Positions 49,549-59,243 of a DNA stretch of 64,000 bases are shown piece after piece. Under the pieces are notes generated by a model. The model ran no database searches. It was not told the origin of the DNA and saw only the letters and a list, made by a program, of their open reading frames with translations. Every line of letters begins with the position of its first letter. The first letter of the stretch is position 1. A program made the position numbers and the translations under genes. The stretch comes from Yuukianura sp. NJ FZ-2021 (lineage: Eukaryota), in the NCBI GenBank assembly GCA_046563655.1, contig CM102283.1:6820001-6884000 (forward strand). The letters are read 5' to 3'.

Positions 49549-52019
49549 ATGGCTGAAGGATTTACCAATGGTGGCGGAGGAGCGCGTAGACATGGGAGTC
49601 ACAGTTATCGACAAAACGGCGTAATTCAGCCTCTACTTACTGGTAAATCATAATTCTTAGAACTATCTAATATTTTTAAAAGGTGATTTGCATAATCGTT
49701 GTTCTGATTCCTTGGTTCCAGATTTGTATCAAATCACGATGGCCTATGCATACTGGAAAGCTGGCAAGATTAAGGACACGGCAGTATTTGATCTCTTTTT
49801 CCGGAAGAATCCGTTTGGTGGAGAATTTACAATTTTTGGGGGCCTGGAAGAGTGTTTGAGATTTCTAGAAAACTTTCATTATTCCGATAGTGGTAAAGCT
49901 GAGTTGATTCTATACTATCAGTTCTTTTGAATTTTTTGGAAAACTTGAAATTTATCATTCTGTTCTTAGATATCGTGTATTTGAAGTCAACTCTTCCTAC
50001 GGCCGACGCAGAGTTTTTTGAGTACTTATCCCAGTTGACTGCGGAAGACATCAAAATCTACGCAATTGATGAGGGGTCGGTCGTCTTCCCGCGAGTACCG
50101 CTACTTCGTATCGAAGGGCCTTTGATTGTGGCTCAACTTTTGGAGACGACGCTTCTGACGCTGGTTAACTACGCAAGTCTTGTAGCTACTAATGCTACTC
50201 GCTATCGTCTAGCCAGTGGCCCAAATATTGAGCTGCTGGAGTTCGGCCTGCGAAGAGCTCAAGGTCCGGACGGGGGACTGTCGGCTTCAAAATACGTGTA
50301 TATGGGTAAGTCAAATCAAAATCAGCGATTCAGCGATTTCTTCGAAATCAACAAAGTGTTAAAAACCTTTTTTGAATTTTTCCAAGGTGGTTTTGATGGA
50401 ACAAGCAACGTGTTAGCTGGAAAACTTTACGGAATACCAGTAAAGGGAACCCATGCACATGCGTATGTCTCCAGTTTCTCGGACTTGGATCACTTGCAAT
50501 CGCGCGTCAGTATCGAATTTTTGTTTCTTACATTTTTTTTTATATTTTTTTCTTTTGTTGAAAACGTCTTTTAAAAGTAATTTTCGTTGCTTTTCGATTG
50601 CAGATGCTTGCCCATAGTGATAATCCGGAAGACGTTCGTGATTTTATTCAGCTCTGTAGTGACTGGAAGTCCAAAATTGCTCCGCAACTGAATTTAATTC
50701 TAGAGGAGTCTTCTAACGGAGAATTGGCAGCGTTTGCATCTTACGCCATTGCATTTCCAAACGGTTTCTTGGCTCTGGTCGATACGTACGATACAGTGAG
50801 GTAGATTTTAGTGTGCCTGCTTGCCTGACATTTGACCTTTAAACTGGTTCATTTGTCTTTAGCTGTTTTCTTGTGTTTGTCTTGCCCGCTACAACTAAAT
50901 TCTAAACTACGCTCTTTGTAACATTAGTTTTTCAGATTTTGGTCGTTTCAAAATCTTGCTTGGGAAGCAGAATGCTTCGATATTTGGAGTGTATTGAGCA
51001 AGATTCTGAAGTTTTTTTTCCCTGTTTTTTTTAGGAGTGGGCTTTTGAACTTTTTGGCAGTGGCACTTGCTTTGGATGACCTCAACTACAAGGCTAAAGG
51101 GATTCGAATTGACAGTGGAGACTTGGCATATCTGTCAAACTTAGCACGGAAGGCGTTTACTACTATTGCGGAGAAGTAAGAATTTTTAGTTCACCGATTG
51201 AGTTTGGAAATTTCAACATGTTTGTTTTTGTGTTGTTGTTTTTTTGTGTGTTTAGGTACAATCGGCCCTATTTTCGAGAGTTTATCATTGTGGCTTCAAA
51301 TGACATTAACGAAGAAACGATTTGGTCTCTCAATGAGCAAGGTCATCAAATCAATTGTTTTGGAGTCGGGACGCATCTGGTGACGTGTCAGCGTCAACCG
51401 GCTCTTGGCTGTGTCTACAAACTGGTGGAGATCAACGGTCATCCAAAAATCAAGCTTAGCGAAGACGTGGAGAAAGTGACGCTTCCTGGAAAGAAAGATG
51501 CTTACAGGTAAACCAATTTTTGAAAAAATTGTTGTAATAGTATACTAAATTAGTATATTATTCGTATGTTAAATTTTTTTCTTAGGCTGTTCAAAGAAGG
51601 TCACCCCATTGTTGACCTTATGGTTCGAGCAGGAGAGACGCCACCATCTCCAAAGAAGCGAGTCCTGTGTCGTCATCCGTTCCATGAGGCTAAACGTGGT
51701 TGGGCGGATCCGCACGTCGTTCTTCCGCTATACAAACTGTACTGGGTGAATGGAAATATTTCGGTACCACTTCCGTCCTTGGCGGAAATCAGGCAGCATG
51801 CTCTCACGTCTGTGGCTTCACTCCGTCAAGATTACAAGCGCTATTTGAATCCAACTCCGTACAAGGTACGTCTCCACTCCCACCGAAGAGTATTAGGCTC
51901 TGACATGCGAAACTTTGATTTGATTTGTGTGATTTGTATAGGTTTCTGTGAGTGATAACTTGTTCAACTTTATTCACCAACTGTGGTTGGAGAATGCTCC
52001 GATTGGTGAACTGTCCTGA
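49549..52019 (+). CDS. NAPRT: Nicotinate phosphoribosyltransferase
   Basis: Nine exons. Motifs [92 protein letters not shown] and [11 protein letters not shown]; ends PIGELS*. Confidence 0.96.
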
Positions 52020-52557
52020 CCTACGAGTCCCTTGTTCCCGGCGTCGGAACAAACCTAATCTATTGTTCTGTGCTAAAGTGATGTTGGGAAGTCTTTATTT
52101 TTGTGGAGTGTTTCATCAATATGTTCCTAGTGAGATCGAGATCGTTCCTGTTGCTGCGTTTCTTAGCATTTAGAAAACTTATGTTCATCGTGCATGCTCA
52201 AAGTGTTGAATTGATTAGTTGAAAAGCAATACGACGAGACGTATTGGATGAAAAGATGGTAGGCTAGTTAAAACGTTATAGTCAAAGAAATCGTAGAACG
52301 TTAAAACGAATTTTTGCGTCTAAATATATTTTCTATCGTGTTCTTAGCAATAATGTCAATGAAGTAATGTAAATCATAAATTTTTGGAAAAAATAAAGAG
52401 TTATGCAATGCAGTCTGTAGTTTAGCTAAATAATAAACAATTATTGTAATCGGTCAAAAGTCAGCTGTAGTTGACTTCAAATTGCAAGTTGCAGAAAACT
52501 TCTGCAACGCCATCTATCTCGTCAACCCTAACTTAAGTTTTAAGCGAACCGCCATGG

Positions 52558-52740
52558 CTTCTTTGTTCCACGCACCAATCAGAACGAGTTTTCTTTGTTG
52601 TGGAGTACCAATCACAGAAGGTTTTCTTTGTTCTCTGCGAACCAATCAAACGGGGTTTCTTTGTTCTCTGGGACCAATCACAGGGGTTTTCTTTGTTCTT
52701 GAATAGCCAATGGCCAGAGGCGTTTTGAGAACAAAGAAAA
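52558..52740 (+). promoter_or_regulatory. Tandem ~33-bp array, each unit TTCTTTGTT plus CCAAT (5 units)
   Basis: CCAAT at 52575, 52608, 52642, 52674 and 52707, each preceded by TTCTTTGTT. An inverted copy (GAACAAAGAAA) lies at ~52729. Confidence 0.75.
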
Positions 52741-52875
52741 ATGGAAGCCCTGCGGGCTCTACCCCATTTTGAGGTCTTCATTCTTCTTTCTGCTCTCATG
52801 CTGTACGGACCTCCTCCACGAACTTCCTTAAAATTTCCAAGTATCGCTACTTTTAACCGATTCTTCCCAACAAAA

Positions 52876-54235
52876 ATGGCTTCTCTGACATGCGAAGATG
52901 TTGCCAAACTGCTTGGCTCGATTGATGTTGCCTGGGAGGAGACAATGGCGAATGAAGAGGTCACCGGAGTTCTAGACTCCTATGATGACGACTGGGTCCA
53001 GTCACTCTATGAAATCGTCTTCCCGAGTGAAACTACTCAAAGTACTGATGAAGGTGAATCACAACGTTTATGGATTAATGTTTACTAAACTATATTCGCA
53101 ATTAGTCTGGTTATGTTTTGTTATACAATTCATGATTTACTAAACATTTTAATTAAAAACTTGAATTGTGTTTCACTTTTACCTTACAACTATTTTTTTT
53201 TGTTTCTTTGCAGCTCCATCTACTGGCAACGAACATCTGCCGGAGGCAGAACGAAAGGAAACTCTACCGCTTGCGAACTCCGAACGGTCAATATTTGACC
53301 TGGAAAATTTTGACCCCACCGCTTGTTTTCTAACGGTGAGTGTTTATTCTGGATTGTTTATACTTAAAAAATATAAATATAATAATATATTATAAATGAT
53401 AATTCATAGATAATAGTTTGAATATTTTGAGCTATGTGACCGAAAACTAACGAAGTTCTTGTTGGATTTTTTGCAGTTTGACCTGGGAGATGTGACCCTA
53501 GAAGACAACCCAGAGAACCAGCAAATCTTAGCGTCACTCTACGATGTGGAAAAGCAGTTTCTCGACAACGTTCCCGAAAACCAAGAAGACAATAGTTGCC
53601 TGGACACCGTTGAAGACATGGAACTCGGAGCTGCTGAGGAGGAAATGGAGACGAGATGCCAGAGCACCGCCGTGGCTGACGTTGAAGTCAACACCAGCTT
53701 CGAGAGCAGCGTCGAAGCTGACGTGGATCTCGACACCGTGGAGGTGACATTGCTGTCGTGTCCATGCGGAGACCCTCTTGTACTGCCACCGCCAGCCGAA
53801 GATCTTCTGGACAGCACCGACGCGGAGGACCAACTCATGGAAGATACAACAGCAACTGAAGTCCCTCTTCCAGAAACGATTAATTTTGAGCATCGGGAGC
53901 CTGCTACTGCTGAAGATGTTTTGCCACTCCTGCCTCCCGACGCAGAACTGAACTTGATCGGAGAGAACCTGCAAGCATTCGTGACTGGAAGGACAACAGT
54001 TGACATCTCAGCTACTCAATTCCTCTCCGGCTCCATTGAAGGACTTCTTCGCTACATTTTTGACAAAGTGGGGTACAACTGGGACGGCGAAGATGACATC
54101 CACGCACGACACATCATGCTGGGAATCGACTCGGACAAGGATCTGCGCATGCTTTTCTCCAAAGTGATCATCCCTGGCGCCGGAGTTCCTGTTCGGGTTC
54201 ACAAGTCGTTCTTCGTTCCTTCTGACGGCGCTTAA
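52876..54235 (+). CDS. Uncharacterised acidic protein, 3 exons
   Basis: Exons 52876-53053, 53213-53336 and 53476-54235 splice in frame, with an AAAATGG start context. Highly D/E-rich, with a small globular-looking C-terminus. Confidence 0.75.
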
Positions 54236-54925
54236 TCCTACTTAGGTTAATTTATAATTAATTCAATACTAAGACTAATTAATTTTTAACATTGTATTAC
54301 ATATGCTAGTGGATTAGGTTAGTTTAGTCAGTTTAAGTAATTAGTAGTAAGTTTACTTTAGGTTAAGTTTGTTTAGACTCCAATTAATTCAAAGTTAATT
54401 TTAACCAACTTAATTCGAATTTGATGCATTGTGTCATTTGACGACAAAATTAATTTATACTACTTTGTAAAATTAACTTATAGTAATTTTCATTACTTTG
54501 TAGTTAAGTTATGTTAGTTTTTAGTTTGCAGTTTTTTACAACTCCGTTGTGAGCAATCTGAAATTAATTTGTGATTAGCGTGATGATTAATTTTACTAAA
54601 GGCAAACTAATGAGCTTAAGTCAAGTTACTTTTGTACATTATGTGTGATATTTTATACGTATGCTATTTAGTTTCGCAAACAAATTAATTGACACTGTAC
54701 ATAATTAATTTAAAGTTAGTTCTCACTGTAGTTTTTGGAATTTTTGTTTGGTACTGCTTTACTTTAGTTCTAAAATAAATTTCTACTTTTTTTAAACAAT
54801 TCCGAATATGCGTATGTGTTCCTTTATTGTTGCTTTTTAAGTCGGAGTTTTTGAAAGGATGGTTAAAAATTCAGTGTTTTGGTCAAATTTAAGTTTCTTG
54901 AGTTAGAATTTGAATTTTTTGGGTT

Positions 54926-55401
54926 TTAGAGTTTCCTTGAAGTTGGTTTTTTATTTTTTCCATATTTGTTGAGTAAGTTTTGGTCGACTACTGGAAGTTG
55001 TACTGCTGCGTTGATTCCAGTTGTTCCTGCTGTTTGAGTGTTGGTGGATCCATTTGGCTGCTTTTTGAATTTGATGGATTCTGCGTAGTTGGTATTCAAT
55101 GCAACTGCCCCACCGCCTTTTGTGGCTGTGGCTTCATTGTTGTTGGCAGCGATGTTATAACCACCTTCCAAAACGCCATTGTCGTACGAGTACAAGTTGG
55201 ACTTTGGCAACTAAAAAAAAAGAAACTATTTCTGTATAACGACAAAAAAGTTAACAACAAAACTGAAAAAATGGCAAAAGTTATGCAATTTGTGGTTCCA
55301 AAAGTTGTTTTTTCATCTTCGTTGATTACCGCAACGCCAACAGGAGCCGACCAAACTTCTGCGACGAGGACAACCAAGGTCAAGACTACAAAAAGTTGCA
55401 T
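54926..55401 (-). CDS. Small secreted protein (118 aa), uncharacterised
   Basis: Exon 55401-55330 encodes signal peptide MQLFVVLTLVVLVAEVWSAPVGVA. It joins by a phase-0 intron to exon 55210-54926 (N/G/T-rich, basic tail). Confidence 0.75.
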
Positions 55402-56751
55402 GACGAATTGAAGCGGCGATTTCAAAAAAAAATCAATGAAAAAATATGAAATATGGAGGTGTACAAATTCTTAGCTCGGCTCAATCCACTCTACCTCCAA
55501 TGTTTGTCCAAAACTAAATTTGAGCATACCAAATTGACCAAAATTTTGAAAGTCATTTGCTACTTGATAGTCTCTGAGCTAACGATCCATTAATTACAAA
55601 TGGACTTTCTGTATCCTGGAGTGCTACACTTGAAAAATTTCTTGTCATGTCTTAATTACTTCCAAGGATTTAGGTCCGCGTGTCAAAATCTAAGAAAAGC
55701 TTCAATTCGTTACGAAACGCTGGATTTAAAATTCTCTTTCAAATTTTCATGAATTCAAACGTTATGAGACCTGCTGGAAATTCCATAGTTGAAAACTAAC
55801 AATAAGCCAAAACTGAAAACAAAGTAAAAAGTGTTAAGTTGTGGTTTCACATAATGAAAAACCTTAGTTTCAGTTAACTTACATTTAGTACGTTACAAGG
55901 TGAACAAACTGGCTATTCCCAAATCCCAAGGTCATGACCTCTACACGAGTTAATTAAAGTCAATTAGTAAACTTTAACTAAGGAAACAGGAAAGTTAGAG
56001 GGTCAAGTCTTCCATTACACTGATATTACCTAGAATCTTCTTCCGGAACTTCTTTCCTTCCTGAAATTCAAAAAACCTAACTTCAATTTTCCATTTAAAA
56101 CAAGCGATGAGTCAGAATTTCAAAAAAGTTCAATTTTGGAAATCCATTTCATAGAATTCGCAATGACGCCATGGATTTCACGCGAATGGGAGCACAAATT
56201 CGTCAAACTATTTTTTTTTATAGTAAAATGACGTTTTTTGTTATAAATGTCTATCATTACAGAAAAAAAATAGTCATTAAAAAGTTCTAGTCTCTAAACA
56301 TTTTGTTCTCACGCTCTTTTTTGCATTTAGAATTGAAAATGAAACTGCAAGTGACGCAAATGAGGTGGACGCTATGTGTGTTTCTGGGAACTGAATAAAT
56401 GAACTCATTTAAAATAATTTTTTCAAAATAATTTGGCAATTGTCATAATTTCAAACCTGCAAAAATCCTATTGTTTCTTTTTAGTTTGCATAGGTAGGGG
56501 GCAACCACGTCCGAGCAAGAAAAAAAATGGATGTTTTTTGCAGTAGGTGAAAAATGGAAGGGATTACCTTGAATCCACACGGCGTCTATTACGTGGGCAA
56601 CTGTTGCAAAAAAGTGTAGTAATGAGATGCTAGCAATTTCGCAAATATAAAATCTCAAGATCACTGTCACCTTTACAATCATTCGCAAATTTGCAAGTTC
56701 ATTGTTAAGAACAATCAGTTTCTGCTGGAAATTACTTAAGTTTGGATCAAA

Positions 56752-57478
56752 ATGAATCTCAAAGGGGTCAAACTCAGTTTAGGAATTGTGGCTGCTCTAT
56801 TTGTGGCAACGGCGTTGGCTGCTCCGTATGGTAAGTTTGTAATGTCCGAAAATTTGGAGTTCTTGTTCTGAAATTCTGAAATTTTGAACTTCTTGTTCCG
56901 AAATTCTGGAAAAATTTGTAAAATTTTTTTTATTTCTTTTAGATGCTGGAGGAGTTGTGGATAGCGGAAGCAATGCAAATGCTAAGGCTGATGCAGCCAG
57001 TCAGGGTGGTGGATTCGGTGGTGGGCCGGGATATGGCGGTGGTAAACCAGGATTTGGCGGTGGGCCAGGATTCGGAGGTGGGCCAGGATTCGGAGGTGGG
57101 CCCGGATTCGGAGGTGGGGAATATGGACGCGGTCGTGGCGGACGTGGGCGTGGCTACGGAGGTTACGGTGGTCGTCCAGGCTTCGGAGGTGGGCCAGGTT
57201 ATGGCGGTGGGCCATCATACGGAGGTGGTCCAGGATTCGGTGGTGGGCCAGGCTATGGCGGTGGGCCAGGATTCGGAGGTGGGCCAGGATTCGGTGGAGG
57301 TCCAGGCTACTCTGGAAGCAAAGCCGATGCCTCTGCTTCTTCTCAGAGTGGTGGATTCGGAGGTGGGTCGAAAGCAGACAGTCAAGCTTCTTCTTCTGCT
57401 GGAAGTGGTGGCCATGGCGGAGGCTATAGTCAATCCAGTGCATCGGCTTCAGCAAGTGCTGGAGGATTTGGAGGTTAA
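56752..57478 (+). CDS. Secreted glycine-rich protein with GGGPG(F/Y) repeats
   Basis: Exon 56752-56830 (signal peptide MNLKGVKLSLGIVAALFVATALAAPY) joins exon 56943-57478 in phase 1. Hexapeptide repeats surround an RG-rich core and are flanked by S/A-rich segments. Confidence 0.88.
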
Positions 57479-57721
57479 CCATAAGTGTTAAACTAACTTT
57501 ATGTTGGTAATTAATTTGATCTCAGTTATGAATTTAATTGAGAAGTGATAAATCTCTTGCTACTTACAAACTCTGACACAACTCTGTACGAACATAATTT
57601 AATAAAACACTTTTTAATCAGATTTTTTTTGTGGTTGGTCATGCATTTCTCGTGTTTTCAAAAAAATTTTATGGATTCATCCTGTCAAGATGGTTTTCAT
57701 ATGTCGGAGTTTTGGCGCTGC

Positions 57722-58575
57722 TCATCTGAACAATTGAATCTAAAAAACAACAAATTATTCAAAAACTTCCAGAAATTTTATGTTCTGAAACATGAAATTT
57801 TTATGTTTGAATGTTGAAAATCCGCATTTTTTAAAAAAACGTACCGGTACGTTGTCCGGATACTCTAATGTTGGATACATCCAGACATCATGGAGATGTG
57901 ACCTGTCCAATGGTCCAACATCGATTTCAAATGGTGATCTGTGTCTTTGACCCATGTCAATTTCAAATGGCGATTCACCCATTTCAATTTCATACGGAGA
58001 CGGTTCAAACTCATCCCCTTCTTCTGCTGAATAAAATTCATCTTCTTCATCTTCTTCCTCGACTGGAGGTGGGATGTATCTTGGTGCCAGTACACTGTGC
58101 GATACGTGTTGTGGTCGCATGCGGTCGGCTACAGGTTTTGGTTTTGGTGGAAGGTCAAAGGTCAATCCATTCTCACGTTCTGGAGGTGCGGGTAAAGCCC
58201 GGGACGTTGGATGTGGTAGAGCAACGTTTGGCTTTTGCTCCGGGAGATGGCAAATTTTTTGACCTGCTTCGTTGATTTGCAAACACTGCCCGCCATCTTG
58301 ACACGGGATGAAGCGAATTCGAGCATGATAAACCGCGTTGAAGTTTTCAACGTCTTCCCGTGTCAGGCACTGAGCAAAGGTTCTGATGAACCGGACATCG
58401 TCTGCCTAAAACTCCAGAAAATTACTTTCAGTTTTTTGAATAAATGTTCCAAATCTTCATCATTACTCAAATTAGTACTCACCAAATAGGTAAAGCCCTT
58501 CGGTTGTGGAAAGCAACTGTTGAGGTCAAGGACGCTAGTGATGATCACTAGGAAAATAGCCACAAACTGGAACAT
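57722..58575 (-). CDS. Uncharacterised secreted protein (Cys-containing N-domain, Pro-rich and acidic C-part)
   Basis: Exons 58575-58483 and 58405-57845, and probably 57739-57722. Signal peptide, then ADDVRFIRTFAQC...CQDGGQCLQINEAGQKIC, then a Pro-rich segment, an acidic run and three SP(Y/F)EI(E/D)(M/V)G motifs. Confidence 0.7.
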
Positions 58576-58899
58576 AGCAAATGCAGTCTTGATCTCTGAC
58601 TACTGAAAGCTAGACGACGCTTCGTCTAAAATACTCAAAAGAAATGCGGGGAAAAATCACCACAAAGTTCTAATCGTAATCGTAATTACTAATTACTTCA
58701 ATTAAACCACTAACTAATCAAGTGCTAAACATAGTCGACTCAATAAGTAGTCCAATTTTAGTTACATATTTGCTTCTAAACCATTACAAATGATTCAAAC
58801 ATCAAAAGGTCAAAGGTCAGGTCAAATGAAAATGATCATGATTCTAAAAAAAAGTCGGAAATTTTTAAAGTGTACACATTCTAACCTTTTAACCTGCTG

Positions 58900-59097
58900 C
58901 ACAGTGGGGCCGTTGCTTCAAACCGGCGCCACGGTTGTCAATGGAAACGTTAAGTTGATTTTTAGAAATTACATTAAAAATGAATGCCAAAATCAGGATT
59001 TACAAAAATCAAATCCTCCAAAAATCTCCATTACCTACAGATAACCTGAATATCTTAGAAACGCTTGTCGTTGTTTGAAGCAATCGGCCCCACTGTG
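58900..59097. mobile_element. Non-autonomous Transib-like MITE (198 bp)
   Basis: TIRs CACAGTGGGGCCG-TTGCTTCAAAC and CACAGTGGGGCCGATTGCTTCAAAC differ by one indel. Flanked by a perfect 5-bp direct repeat TGCTG (58895-58899 and 59098-59102). Confidence 0.85.
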
Positions 59098-59243
59098 TGC
59101 TGTCATAACAGCAACGTGAAAAATTTCGGTTTTGTTTAAAACTTACAAAAGGCTTTTTTTCTAGAAAAAATATTAGAAAAATTAATAATTTAACCTAAGA
59201 TGAATTACAACTTATTTGGAATTTTGATTAACGGCGACCAATA

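Noticed and set aside
52017-52058. Stop-codon readthrough of NAPRT (TGA-C)
   Set aside because: The context is not TGA-CTAG and the 12-aa extension shows no targeting signal.
52558-52740. CRISPR-like repeat/spacer appearance
   Set aside because: The unit is only ~33 bp in total, the conserved parts are short TF-like motifs, no cas genes are present and the context is eukaryotic.
53534-54202. Antisense ORFs over the acidic protein
   Set aside because: Expected shadows of a GC-richer coding exon.
56957-57478. Springtail polyproline-II antifreeze protein
   Set aside because: Gly-X-X periodicity is present, but the X positions are Pro/Phe/Tyr/Gly rather than the small Ala/Ser/Thr/Val residues of an ice-binding face.
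56943-57482. Long overlapping ORFs on other frames (182 aa +, 166 aa -)
   Set aside because: Shadow ORFs of the Gly-codon repeat; only the Gly-rich frame splices to a signal-peptide exon.
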